Shown in pieces: positions 9,769 through 19,757 of a stretch of 64,000 bases of DNA (positions are counted from its first letter, which is position 1; each line of letters opens with the position of its first letter). This stretch comes from a virus, in the IMG/VR virus record IMGVR_UViG_3300042301_002266, positions 21,826-85,825 of that record; one strand, written 5' to 3'. A program made the position numbers and the translations under genes. Under the pieces are notes generated by a model. It was given only the letters and a program-made list of their open reading frames with translations. It was not told the origin of the DNA and made no database searches.

Positions 9769-12700
9769 TGACTAATCAAACACAGGACTCTTTAAGCTCT
9801 CCACAATCTAGCTACTTAGAAGCAATTTTTGACCCTTTTGATGGATCATCCAAATTACTTTCAACAATTTCTTCTGCAAACTTTAACGGGGCAATCCCAG
9901 ACTTAGTTATACAATATCCAGATGCCGTAACAGATGACTTAATTCCAGGAAGATTTTTCTTAATAACAGATACCTATTATTTAATTACTAGGGTTGATGA
10001 AAATATTGATCCCATAACAACTGATACCATATCTTATAATGTTTGGTATACAGCAGGTGGAGTAGAAAGATATAAAACTATTTTAAACGGTGTAAAGATA
10101 TTTACAGACGGAACTGAGCTTCAAATTAGAAAAGATGATTGGGACAATAAATCCATAGGCTCTTCTGGATGGACAATAACTACAGAAGGAAACTCGGTAT
10201 TTTCAAATGTTGCTGTAAGAGGAACCATTGAAGCAACAGATGGTTACTTTGATGGGTTTTTAGTAATTGGTGATCCAAATGATCCAGAATTCCCAGGATC
10301 TATGAAAATTGGAACAAACGTAAATAGTACAAATGATGGTATTTATATTAATGCAAACAACTACTGGTATGATAATGGATTGTTCAAGGTTGGTAATGCT
10401 ACAAAGAATGTTACCTGGAACAATAATGACTTATCAGTAACTGGAGACATAAATGCTACTGGTGGAGTTTTCCAAGGAAAAATTCAAATAGGTAGCATGT
10501 TTCTTGGAGTAGATGCTTCGCCAACATTAGAAAATGGTATCTATATCGATGGAACAAATTATTGGTATGACGATGGAAACTTTTCGCTGGGAACGGGAAC
10601 AAACACTATTTCCTTTAATGGGTCTAATATTGTTGTAGGAACTGGTGTTAACATTGCTGGTGAAATTAGTGCTAACTCATTGCTTCTTACAAATGGTAGC
10701 TTTAGTATGTCTATTAAATCAAACCATACTCCAATCACATCTTCTATAAGAAATATAACAAAAGTAATTTTATCTGGAACATCTCCTCAATTAGCAGAGT
10801 TTACAACATCATCATCTCATCCTTTTGTAGAAGGAGACTTTATTTATGTTTCGGGTTTAAGTAATAGTGGTGGTGGACTGGGATCATTAAACAAAGTTTT
10901 TCAGGTATCTAGTGTAAGCTCAAATACGATAAATGTAAATGCAAGTAGTTCAACAAAAGTGGTAACTGTTAATGCGGATATTACAGATACAACACTATCT
11001 GTAATATCTTCAACTGGAGTTTTTGCAGGTATGGCTGTGTCTGGAACTGGAATACCACCTGGCACTACAGTAGTAAGTACAACCGCAACAGTAATAACAA
11101 TATCGAATGATACAACACAAGCATTGTCTGATGCTCCAATTACTTTTTCTCCAATAAATGGTACATATGATTCTACTGATACAGGATGGACCAATGGACA
11201 AGCAGAATTATCTTATGATGGAATTTATGTAAATCAACACAACTACTGGTATAGCAATGGTTTATTTGGAATTGGTGATGGAACCAAAGGACTAACTTGG
11301 AATGGATCAGCACTAAACGTAACTGGAGTTATTAACGCCTCAGCTGGTGGAACTATGGCAGGATGGGAAATTGGAACAGATGAAATCTTTAAAGGAACTG
11401 GATCATCAAAGATTGCATTAAATGCAGGTGCAAACCCTAAAATATATATAGGTTCAGGATTTCACTCTAGTGCAGGTACAGGATTCTATGTAGATTCAAC
11501 AGGTAAGTTTTCATTGTCAAACCTACTTACTTTTAGTCCAAGTGTTGATATTCCAGAAGCTACTACTACAGGAACATTTAATAGTGGAACAAATACAATA
11601 ACTGTGACTAGTGCATCTGGAATTGTAAGAGGCATGACGGTTCTTGGAACTGGCATAGCATCAAACTCAACAGTAACTAATATATCTGGAACAACAATTA
11701 CTACTAGCAATAATGCAATTGCAAATGGTACAGGAGTTTCTTTAACATTTATTCTTGATGATTTCTCAGAACTTCAAGTAAATGGAAGAATTAAGGGCGT
11801 TTTAGAATCAACAAGCTCAATTGTAACACCAAGGCTTGCTACCACCGCAACCTCTGTGGTAGTTTCAGGATCTGTAGGATCTCAAATTGCAACAATAACA
11901 ACAACAGGTCATGCATTTATTACAGGTGAAAAGATATTAATTGAAAATCTTCCAGCAACTAATGGATTAAATAATCTTAACAGAGAGTTTGCTATTTTAT
12001 CAATTACTGATAGTATAACACTTGTAATAAGTTTATCAGGTATAACTGGAGTAACTAGCTCAACAAATACCAGCCTAACAGGATCAATAACTTTAAGAGA
12101 ACTCACAATGGGTCTTCATCCCGCTCAAGGCACAGAATCGTATGCACATAACGCTGGAACAGGAATTAGGCTCGATAAGTTTAACTGGTGGTTTACAAAT
12201 AATCAATTTAGAGTTGGCTCAGTAGATTCATATATTAAATGGACAACAGATCCTACCCCACTCCTTGACGTGGTTGGTCAAATTAGGGCTACCTCAGGGT
12301 ATTTAGGTGGGACTGAAGATGGATGGTTAATAGAAACTGGTGTTATTAAGTCTAGTGGTTCTGGAAGTCCAGACTCTCAAGTGCACCTAGAATCTGGAAA
12401 CAATGATAACAATCCAAAAATTTATATTGGACCAGACGGTGGTCAGTGGAATGATATAGATACTCCATTTTATGTAAATTCACAAGGAGAATTTTCGGTT
12501 GGTTCTGGAGACTCTTCTTTAACTTATGAGCCAGGAATTGGTGGTAAAGGTTTAATTACGGTAACTGGTAAAGTTCAGGCATCTGCTGGATATATTGGAG
12601 GCAAGGCTCTTGGATGGCAGTTTGGAAGCAACGGAATTCTACAAACTGGAGAAGGAGCAGGAAGACTGGCTCTAGCATCATCCGTAACACAGTTTTCTGG

Positions 12701-14483
12701 TGGATTGGCATCGATTAATATTCAAAGAATTATTGTTGATGATGAGTTTGAAGACTATGAAGAAAATTTTGCTTCTCTTTACGTTACGGTAGCAACATCA
12801 GGTTTTTCTGCAGGGCTGCAAGCACAATTGCCAGATATATTATTTGACACAATTATGAAATTTGATTTTCAGTTACTTCCAACAAGCAACTTAAAAACAC
12901 TTTTGGATGGAAAGAGCATCCCAGTTACTGATGTTCTTGAACAACAAAGAGTATTTTTTGTAAAAGAAATAGATAATTATGATCCAGATGGTGGTTTTCC
13001 AGAAATAAGTTCGCCACAAGCTGCTGTAGATATTTATCCAGTATATGGATCTGCAACAACAACCCAGCTTTTCTTATATTTTACAGAAATATTTACAGAT
13101 GATGAGTTTACAACTTCTACTGGAGGTTTAGCAGTAGGTAATACCGTTGTGCTTGAATCAGGGGTGCTTCCTGGAGTAGCAGCTGGAAACTATGTAATTG
13201 CAGGAATTGGAACACAAGACCTTGATGAAGGAGTAATTTTATATGGAGAGCCTGATGAGTACAATGCAAGATTTGGAAGGCTTACCTTAACAAGAAGTGG
13301 AAGTGCAATATCTTTACAGGAAACGGGTGAAGGGGGTCTTACCCTGTTAGATACTCCTGGATACTATACGCTAGTGTTTTACCCAGAAGACTCTGGCATT
13401 ATTGTTCACGATTCAGGCACAGAAGGATTTTATTCTTACACCACAACAAAGCCAAAATTATCATTTTATGATGAATTGGCAGAAGTTCTTACATCAGATG
13501 GATACTATTACATGTGGGCAGGTGCAGATGATCCAGATCTAGCTTCATTTGCAATTAAAAAGTCCAATGCCGTGGGAGCAGATAATCTTACAATTCAGAA
13601 TAAATCTTTGGGTCAAAGTTACGCATCCCAAGCATTAGAAACAACATTTGCTCCGTTTACAGCAAAAGCAACTGGAATATCAGGATCTAGTTTTGTTCCA
13701 ATGGTAAAATCAAGAGTAGGTGGTGCAACAAAAACAAGAATATCTGTTTTAGGACAAATACATAACACAGATAACACAATTCATACAGTATTACATAATT
13801 TAAATAGCAGTGGAACAGAAGATCATAAATTCTATTTTAGAAATGATGGAATTTTACAAGCACCAGAATTTTTAGGAAAGGGTGCTGTTCCAGTAGGATC
13901 TATTGTTATGTGGTATACAGCAACACCACCTACAGGATGGTTATTGTGTAATGGTCAAGCAGTTGATTCAGGATTGTATCCATCACTTCGTGCAATAATG
14001 GCAACAACACCAGACCTAAGAGGAAGATTCCCAGTAGGATCTGGTGGAACTACGGGGGAGGTTGTAGCCAATCTTGGAACGATAGGTGGTGCTGTTAGTG
14101 CAACATACACAACTGTAACAGCACACTCACATACACTTAATGCATTTAACGTAAGCATTACAGAAGGAACAATTGCTACTAATAATACAAACCACAGCCA
14201 CGGCGTAGTTGGTAACTCTTCTATTGCAGGAAATACCGATGCTGGCTCAAGAGGAATTAGCGGAACAACTATTTTAACTCCTACTGTTAACCACGCTCAC
14301 GGAGACGGAAACTATGGAACAACTTCTGCAGGTGGAACAGATGACACAGATCATAGCCATGGCATTAATGCATTTACTGGTTCTATTACAGAGGGAACAA
14401 ACGATAATAATACGGCAGCAACATCTACAGTTGCAACAGTTCCACCATATGTTGCTGTAAACTTTATTATTTATGCAGGATAG
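9768..14483 (+). CDS. long tail fibre / receptor-binding protein with C-terminal tail-collar domain and His-x-His tip
   Basis: 1571 aa, Gly/Thr/Ser-rich, repeated GIYI..NYWY modules. C-terminal PVGSIVMW...PTGWLLCNGQ...PDLRGRFPVG collar, four HxH motifs, ends PPYVAVNFII. Confidence 0.85.
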   Translation: MTNQTQDSLSSPQSSYLEAIFDPFDGSSKLLSTISSANFNGAIPDLVIQYPDAVTDDLIPGRFFLITDTYYLITRVDENIDPITTDTISYNVWYTAGGVERYKTILNGVKIFTDGTELQIRKDDWDNKSIGSSGWTITTEGNSVFSNVAVRGTIEATDGYFDGFLVIGDPNDPEFPGSMKIGTNVNSTNDGIYINANNYWYDNGLFKVGNATKNVTWNNNDLSVTGDINATGGVFQGKIQIGSMFLGVDASPTLENGIYIDGTNYWYDDGNFSLGTGTNTISFNGSNIVVGTGVNIAGEISANSLLLTNGSFSMSIKSNHTPITSSIRNITKVILSGTSPQLAEFTTSSSHPFVEGDFIYVSGLSNSGGGLGSLNKVFQVSSVSSNTINVNASSSTKVVTVNADITDTTLSVISSTGVFAGMAVSGTGIPPGTTVVSTTATVITISNDTTQALSDAPITFSPINGTYDSTDTGWTNGQAELSYDGIYVNQHNYWYSNGLFGIGDGTKGLTWNGSALNVTGVINASAGGTMAGWEIGTDEIFKGTGSSKIALNAGANPKIYIGSGFHSSAGTGFYVDSTGKFSLSNLLTFSPSVDIPEATTTGTFNSGTNTITVTSASGIVRGMTVLGTGIASNSTVTNISGTTITTSNNAIANGTGVSLTFILDDFSELQVNGRIKGVLESTSSIVTPRLATTATSVVVSGSVGSQIATITTTGHAFITGEKILIENLPATNGLNNLNREFAILSITDSITLVISLSGITGVTSSTNTSLTGSITLRELTMGLHPAQGTESYAHNAGTGIRLDKFNWWFTNNQFRVGSVDSYIKWTTDPTPLLDVVGQIRATSGYLGGTEDGWLIETGVIKSSGSGSPDSQVHLESGNNDNNPKIYIGPDGGQWNDIDTPFYVNSQGEFSVGSGDSSLTYEPGIGGKGLITVTGKVQASAGYIGGKALGWQFGSNGILQTGEGAGRLALASSVTQFSGGLASINIQRIIVDDEFEDYEENFASLYVTVATSGFSAGLQAQLPDILFDTIMKFDFQLLPTSNLKTLLDGKSIPVTDVLEQQRVFFVKEIDNYDPDGGFPEISSPQAAVDIYPVYGSATTTQLFLYFTEIFTDDEFTTSTGGLAVGNTVVLESGVLPGVAAGNYVIAGIGTQDLDEGVILYGEPDEYNARFGRLTLTRSGSAISLQETGEGGLTLLDTPGYYTLVFYPEDSGIIVHDSGTEGFYSYTTTKPKLSFYDELAEVLTSDGYYYMWAGADDPDLASFAIKKSNAVGADNLTIQNKSLGQSYASQALETTFAPFTAKATGISGSSFVPMVKSRVGGATKTRISVLGQIHNTDNTIHTVLHNLNSSGTEDHKFYFRNDGILQAPEFLGKGAVPVGSIVMWYTATPPTGWLLCNGQAVDSGLYPSLRAIMATTPDLRGRFPVGSGGTTGEVVANLGTIGGAVSATYTTVTAHSHTLNAFNVSITEGTIATNNTNHSHGVVGNSSIAGNTDAGSRGISGTTILTPTVNHAHGDGNYGTTSAGGTDDTDHSHGINAFTGSITEGTNDNNTAATSTVATVPPYVAVNFIIYAG

Positions 14484-14492
14484 GAGGAAAAA

Positions 14493-14717
14493 ATGAATAA
14501 AGAAGATAAGTTATTATTTTTAAACAAACAGTTAGAATTTAATAATTCAGAAAAAGAAACTTACTACGGTATTTTTAATTATTTTGAAGGAGTACCACAT
14601 GAAGATATTCCATGGTTTTATCTTGACTTTAACCAAGTAAAGGATCAAATAATTGAATCTTTAGAGTCAAAACACGTTTGGCTACAAGAAAGAATTCAAG
14701 AAATAGAAGCAGAATAA
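14493..14717 (+). CDS. small hypothetical protein (possible fibre chaperone)
   Basis: Strong AGGAGG RBS; directly follows the fibre gene. Confidence 0.6.
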   Translation: MNKEDKLLFLNKQLEFNNSEKETYYGIFNYFEGVPHEDIPWFYLDFNQVKDQIIESLESKHVWLQERIQEIEAE

Positions 14718-14721
14718 AGGG

Positions 14722-14750
14722 TTGCAGAAACACTTTATAAATGATATAAT
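14722..14750 (+). promoter_or_regulatory. sigma70/SigA-type promoter
   Basis: TTGCAG-17 nt-TATAAT with extended TG. Confidence 0.7.
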
Positions 14751-14774
14751 GTACAAGAGACAAAGGAGACAGTA

Positions 14775-14939
14775 ATGTCAAAAACACTGGAACTAGTAGT
14801 ACAAGAACTGCAAAGCAGAATTGGACAAATGACTAGTAATTATGAAACACAAATGGCTGTGCTTAAGGCACAAGCAACAGAGGCACTTGAGGCAAAGGAT
14901 GCAGAAATTGCAAGTCTCAAGGAATCTAAAGGAGAATAA
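14775..14939 (+). CDS. small coiled-coil protein (54 aa, missing from the ORF track)
   Basis: AAGGAG RBS; MSKTLELVVQELQSRIGQMTSNYETQMAVLKAQATEALEAKDAEIASLKESKGE*. Confidence 0.75.
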   Translation: MSKTLELVVQELQSRIGQMTSNYETQMAVLKAQATEALEAKDAEIASLKESKGE

Positions 14940-14944
14940 ATTTA

Positions 14945-15403
14945 ATGGCAGCACAACTAAGTGACGGACAACCAATTACTTTTGAGTGGTTGAATAGTCT
15001 TGTGTCTGAAATTAATACCTTGCAATCACAACTTGCAGCTAACACTAAAGCAGATGCAGAGAACAGGGCAAGACCAATTACATATGCTGGAGATGCAATA
15101 GCCTCTGCAGGTAAAATTAAAGTAATTGCTGATCAACAAAAAATTGGTGATGCTAGAAAATCTAAAGCAGCATTTAATGCATACGTTGACTTCCCTGGAA
15201 ATGGTTTTAAAGATGCAAGTGTAATTGTTGTTGCTACTGCAGATATGCGTAAGAACAAAACATCAGCAGAGCAACTTGCTGTATCAGTAGCTAATGTTAC
15301 AAAAAATGGTTTTACATGTACAGTTACTCCAATTGACGGTGAATCGCTAAAAGCAGGACAGGATGTAATTATTAATTACATTGCGGTTGGGGATGCTCCA
15401 TAA
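14945..15403 (+). CDS. putative virion protein with an H-type-lectin-like C-terminal domain
   Basis: VDFP..GF....VIVVAT...VSVANVTKNGFT...INYIAVG pattern after an N-terminal helix. Confidence 0.5.
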   Translation: MAAQLSDGQPITFEWLNSLVSEINTLQSQLAANTKADAENRARPITYAGDAIASAGKIKVIADQQKIGDARKSKAAFNAYVDFPGNGFKDASVIVVATADMRKNKTSAEQLAVSVANVTKNGFTCTVTPIDGESLKAGQDVIINYIAVGDAP

Positions 15404-15869
15404 AATACTAAATGGTTATGTTTTGGTAAAAGAGCCAAAACATCCAAAAGCCTTGCATGGAGGCTGGTATTTTGAGCACGTTATAAATATAGAAAAAGAA
15501 CTTGGAAGATACTTAAAAGAGTATGAATCCGTTCACCATATAAATGAAATAAAAACAGATAACAGAACAGATAATCTTTTTGTTTGTCATAGGGAAGAGC
15601 ATGATAAAGCTCACGGAATGAAAAATGTATCCTTATACAGAATGCATGAAACTTGGGTTGGAAAACAATGTGAGTCCTGTGGCAAAACATTTTATGGCAC
15701 ACCAAGTGTTATGAAAAAAAGAAAAAGATGTAACTCTATGTGCAAATCTAAAAAAACTATTGATAAAATTTGCTCACACTGTTACACTAGTTACACTATA
15801 CCTGCATCTGCAGATAAGCACTACAAGTATTGCTCTAAGGTTTGTCGCCTTAGAGCCAAAGCTGCGTAA
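15393..15869 (+). CDS. HNH homing endonuclease with C-terminal Zn fingers
   Basis: FEH....EKELGRYL..YESVHHINEIKTDNRTDNL, followed by CxxC and YCS..C motifs. Confidence 0.85.
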   Translation: MLHKILNGYVLVKEPKHPKALHGGWYFEHVINIEKELGRYLKEYESVHHINEIKTDNRTDNLFVCHREEHDKAHGMKNVSLYRMHETWVGKQCESCGKTFYGTPSVMKKRKRCNSMCKSKKTIDKICSHCYTSYTIPASADKHYKYCSKVCRLRAKAA

Positions 15870-15884
15870 ACAGAAAGGTTTACA

Positions 15885-16694
15885 ATGACAAACGATTTAA
15901 AGTGGATGATATCATCCGATCAGCAATTCCCATATCAAGATGATAAAATGATTGAGTTATGGTTTAAGGTAATGAGATGGTTTAAGCCAGACGTTGTTGA
16001 TTACTTAGGTGATACTGACGATCAGGCTTGCTATAGCAAGTACACAGAAGGACGGTCAGCAGAGTTTTTAAAGATGCACAAGGATAACAATGGCGATGCT
16101 ATTGTTCCTCTTATGAAGCATGAAGCAAAACTAGCAAGAGATTTCTACACTAAGACACGCAAGGTTGCTAAAAATGCACAGCTATTTTCTGCACTTGGAA
16201 ATCATGATATTCGTGTGTTTGATTATGTAGATGCAAAGTTACCAGATTATATTGAAGTAACTACACCAGAAAGTTTGTGGAACCTGGATAGTCTTGGATA
16301 TGATTACATCTATTACAACCAACCACCTGCTCATAGGTTTGGAGATATTCACGTTCATCATGGTAACGCTATTTCACAAAATGCAGGTGAGTCAGTTCGT
16401 AAAGATGTAGATAACTTTGGCGTATCTTTAATTCGTGGACACTCTCATCGTGCAGGTGTATACTTTAATACCTATGAACTTAGAAACGGTGGTAAGGGTG
16501 AAACCTTACGAGGTTATGAGATTGGTCATATGTGTGATGAAAAATCTACAGGAATGATGTATACAAATAATCATAACTGGCAGAAAGCATTTGCTATTGC
16601 TCACATTGAAAATGGTAATTATCCACACATTCAACTAGTTCATGTATCACCAGACTACTCTTGTATCGTTGATGGAAAGATGTTTAAAGTATAA
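15885..16694 (+). CDS. calcineurin-like metallophosphoesterase
   Basis: SDQQ, LGD..D, GNHD, HHG and GHSH motifs. Confidence 0.85.
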   Translation: MTNDLKWMISSDQQFPYQDDKMIELWFKVMRWFKPDVVDYLGDTDDQACYSKYTEGRSAEFLKMHKDNNGDAIVPLMKHEAKLARDFYTKTRKVAKNAQLFSALGNHDIRVFDYVDAKLPDYIEVTTPESLWNLDSLGYDYIYYNQPPAHRFGDIHVHHGNAISQNAGESVRKDVDNFGVSLIRGHSHRAGVYFNTYELRNGGKGETLRGYEIGHMCDEKSTGMMYTNNHNWQKAFAIAHIENGNYPHIQLVHVSPDYSCIVDGKMFKV

Positions 16695-16714
16695 CTTTAC
16701 GCTATAATTTAACA

Positions 16715-16927
16715 ATGTGGTGTAAAGTATGCAATGGCAGGGTGCTTGTTGATAGAGTTTTTAGTTCTGAAACACATATAGAATTATATTGTTTTACATG
16801 TGGAAAAAGATGGATCTTTAATCACCCCCAAAATAGAGGAAGTTTTGCAGTATGGATATGGAAAAAAGAAAGAGAAGTCCTAAAGCTTTCAGCGATGGGC
16901 AGTTGGTCAAGAAAAACCACAATTTAA
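16715..16927 (+). CDS. Zn-ribbon protein
   Basis: CKVC...CFTCG; -10 TATAAT 6 nt upstream. Confidence 0.65.
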   Translation: MWCKVCNGRVLVDRVFSSETHIELYCFTCGKRWIFNHPQNRGSFAVWIWKKEREVLKLSAMGSWSRKTTI

Positions 16928-17394
16928 TATTCTTTCTTAATGGAGAATTACATAGGGTTGTTAGGACTAATGCCTCTGCAAACATTTGCCACGCACTTAA
17001 CTATAATCAAAACAAGATAGTTAAATATACTTACAGTGACTACAAGAAGTTTAGAAAGCCAGCATTTAGAATCGGTGAGGTAGCCAGTATTCTAAAAAGA
17101 CATGAAGATAGAATTAGAAGAGCCATTTGGAACCTAGATGTTTCCAGACCATTTATTGTAGAGTATGAAAATAGAAGTGGCGTATATTACTTTTCTGAAG
17201 AAAACATTTATGAGTTAAGAGAATTCTTTGCAAATGTTCATCGTGGCAGACCAAGAAAAGATGGCATAGTTGTATCAAAGAATGTCCCAACGGTATCTGA
17301 GATAGATGCTGTACTGGGCAAGAAACCAATTTTATATATGAGAACGAAAGAAGGAAACTTTGTTCCAGTTTGGAGTGCTGAAGAATATGAGTAA
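16852..17394 (+). CDS. MerR-like HTH DNA-binding protein with AT-hook-like motif
   Basis: FRIGEVASILKRH..RIR...YYFSEENI, then RGRPRK. Confidence 0.6.
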   Translation: MDMEKRKRSPKAFSDGQLVKKNHNLIFFLNGELHRVVRTNASANICHALNYNQNKIVKYTYSDYKKFRKPAFRIGEVASILKRHEDRIRRAIWNLDVSRPFIVEYENRSGVYYFSEENIYELREFFANVHRGRPRKDGIVVSKNVPTVSEIDAVLGKKPILYMRTKEGNFVPVWSAEEYE

Positions 17395-17707
17395 ACATAA
17401 GAAGAAAAACAAAGACAAAGAAGAAGTGTTGACAATAACTCAAGACTATGCAATAATTAACGCAGCAAGCTCTTTACTATACGCTGAGGAACTAGCAAGA
17501 CTAAATGCAGATACTGAAATGCTATTAGCAATATCAGATAGATGGCTTAATGTCTCTAAGGTTCTTGTACTTGAAGAAGAGTTTTCTAGGAACAAAGCAT
17601 TTGGCTTTGTTGGATCAATGGAAGAAAGTGAATTAAATGGAGAAATCGGTACAGAAAGATCTGACACGGGTAAAGGTAGATCTAAAGTTCGTAAAAAATC
17701 TAGGTAA
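17387..17707 (+). CDS. hypothetical protein
   Basis: Coupled ORF; likely start at MSKHKKK. Confidence 0.55.
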   Translation: MSKHKKKNKDKEEVLTITQDYAIINAASSLLYAEELARLNADTEMLLAISDRWLNVSKVLVLEEEFSRNKAFGFVGSMEESELNGEIGTERSDTGKGRSKVRKKSR

Positions 17708-17858
17708 CTATGAAAGCATTCACATTGACATTGGTGTAGATGATTTCGTTCGTGACATTGATGCTAACACAGATGCTGCAGTAGATCGTATCTATGAATT
17801 TGTTTCATCAAAGCTTGTAGAAAAAGTTCAAGAAATTGAAAAGGATCTTGGTAAGTGA
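17637..17858 (+). CDS. hypothetical protein
   Basis: VKNLGNYESIHIDIGV motif of a type common in phage replication modules. Confidence 0.6.
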   Translation: MEKSVQKDLTRVKVDLKFVKNLGNYESIHIDIGVDDFVRDIDANTDAAVDRIYEFVSSKLVEKVQEIEKDLGK

Positions 17859-18190
17859 CAAAAGAATCGGTAGGTGCTGCTTTTGGCATCCTTGCTCATT
17901 ATGAAAAGTGTTACGAGAATAAGTATGGCAAGAAACCATCTTTAAATAAGTACAAAGAAAAGTGGGGAGCCATATCTTTGTTAGATGACTATGGCAAAGA
18001 AAAAGTAACTAAGGGTATTGAATATTACTTTAAGTTAAATAAAGATGGTCATCCTTTAGGTTGGCTATTCAATAATTTTGATGTAGTGTATAATTCTTAT
18101 GAATCAAACATTAGAGATGAACAATTAAGAGCAGAACGTAGAGCACAAACAGCAAAGTTGAAGCAGGAGTTTTTTAATGGGAATGCGTGA
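17855..18190 (+). CDS. hypothetical protein upstream of the helicase
   Basis: GTGA-coupled, 111 aa. Confidence 0.6.
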   Translation: MTKESVGAAFGILAHYEKCYENKYGKKPSLNKYKEKWGAISLLDDYGKEKVTKGIEYYFKLNKDGHPLGWLFNNFDVVYNSYESNIRDEQLRAERRAQTAKLKQEFFNGNA

Positions 18191-19397
18191 AGAAGTAGAA
18201 GTAATTTCTGCAGTATGTAAGAATAAAGATATTCATGTTTTGTATGAAAACAATATTGACTCAATGCTTAAAAGCTGTGCAGATGTATGGGATTTTGTTA
18301 AAGAATATTACAACGAAACAAAGCAGATTCCAGATAAGGATTTACTTGCAACTAGGTTTCGTGACTTTGAACCAGTAGATGCTGGACCAACCATTTATCA
18401 TGTGAATAGACTAAAAGAAACATTTCTTGATGACTCATTAAGAAGTGCTGTTAAGAAAGCTGCTCAACTACTTCAAGATAATCAATCTTCTAACGCATTG
18501 AGTTCTTTAAACTTTGATATTTCTTCTATCTCTAGACTTACTGCAAAGGTAAGAGACATTGATGTAACTGATGTTGATGATGCACTTGCACACTTTGAAA
18601 AGACTCGTCAGGCTGCAAAGAATGGTGACGTAGGAATTAAAACTGGAATTGCTGCTTTTGATATTTGTTTGCCAATGGGAATATCAAAGGGACAACTAGG
18701 TATCCTCCTTGCATACCCTGCTATTGGTAAGTCATGGATGGCTATGTACCTTGCTGTGAAGGCATGGGAAAATGGTCGTGTGCCAATGATCTTGTCTCTT
18801 GAAATGACAGAGCAAGAAGTTCGTAATCGTATTTTTACAATTGCAGGTGATGGAAAGTTTAGCCATCGTGCAATTAGTGCTGGTCGTATAGATGAGCAAG
18901 AGTTCAAAGACTGGGCAGATAAAAACGTTGTAGGAAAACAGCCATTTAAGATTATTTCAAATGATGGTGGTAGTGAAGTAACGCCAAACGTTATTAGAGC
19001 AAAGATTGATCAGTATAAGCCTGATATTGTATTTATTGATTACTTACAGTTGATGCAAGACAATGCAGGTACAAGTCAAAACGAGACTGTTAAGATTAAG
19101 AATCTATCTAGAGAGCTTAAACTTTTAGCCATATCTGAACAAGTACCTATCATTGCAATTGCCTCTGCGACCCCTGACGATGCCTCAGACCTTGAATCTG
19201 TGCCACAGTTAGGTCAGGTAGCATGGTCTAGACAAATTGCTTATGATGCTGACTGGGTTCTTGCTATGGGTAGAAAACAAAATTCTGATGCACTTGAATG
19301 TGCATTTAGAAAGAATCGCCACGGATTCCTTGGTGACTTTATTATGTTTGCTGATTTTGATAAAGGAAAGTTTGAGGAAATTGACGATCCTTCATAG
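18177..19397 (+). CDS. dnaB: DnaB-like replicative helicase
   Basis: Walker A AYPAIGKS, LSLEM, FIDYLQLM, SRELKLLA, IAYDAD, KNRHG. Confidence 0.95.
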   Translation: MGMREEVEVISAVCKNKDIHVLYENNIDSMLKSCADVWDFVKEYYNETKQIPDKDLLATRFRDFEPVDAGPTIYHVNRLKETFLDDSLRSAVKKAAQLLQDNQSSNALSSLNFDISSISRLTAKVRDIDVTDVDDALAHFEKTRQAAKNGDVGIKTGIAAFDICLPMGISKGQLGILLAYPAIGKSWMAMYLAVKAWENGRVPMILSLEMTEQEVRNRIFTIAGDGKFSHRAISAGRIDEQEFKDWADKNVVGKQPFKIISNDGGSEVTPNVIRAKIDQYKPDIVFIDYLQLMQDNAGTSQNETVKIKNLSRELKLLAISEQVPIIAIASATPDDASDLESVPQLGQVAWSRQIAYDADWVLAMGRKQNSDALECAFRKNRHGFLGDFIMFADFDKGKFEEIDDPS

Positions 19398-19421
19398 TCT
19401 TTAGTACAATATAATGGATAT

Positions 19422-19757
19422 ATGGAGTTCGCAGGACACAGGAAAATTAAAGACTTTTCAATAGATGGACAGATCTATGATGATGCTGATTTTCCAAGAC
19501 TTAGAGCTCAATATGAAATAATTGTTGAAGAATATATGAGAATTAAGGGTTATGTTCCTCATCTTGATTTAGATCCAGCATTTAGTACAAGTTACAATGG
19601 ACATTCGTTCGAATTTAAGATAACATGGTACGGTATATATCTAGGAAAGGTAAAAGCTAAATGTTACAAAGGAGTAGTTGGAAACAAGCTAGTTCCAATG
19701 AGTCCTACGACCCAGACCAAATCAGAGAAATCCTCAAAGTCTGTGGAATCGAAGTAG
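19422..19757 (+). CDS. hypothetical protein
   Basis: Has its own promoter; 111 aa. Confidence 0.65.
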   Translation: MEFAGHRKIKDFSIDGQIYDDADFPRLRAQYEIIVEEYMRIKGYVPHLDLDPAFSTSYNGHSFEFKITWYGIYLGKVKAKCYKGVVGNKLVPMSPTTQTKSEKSSKSVESK

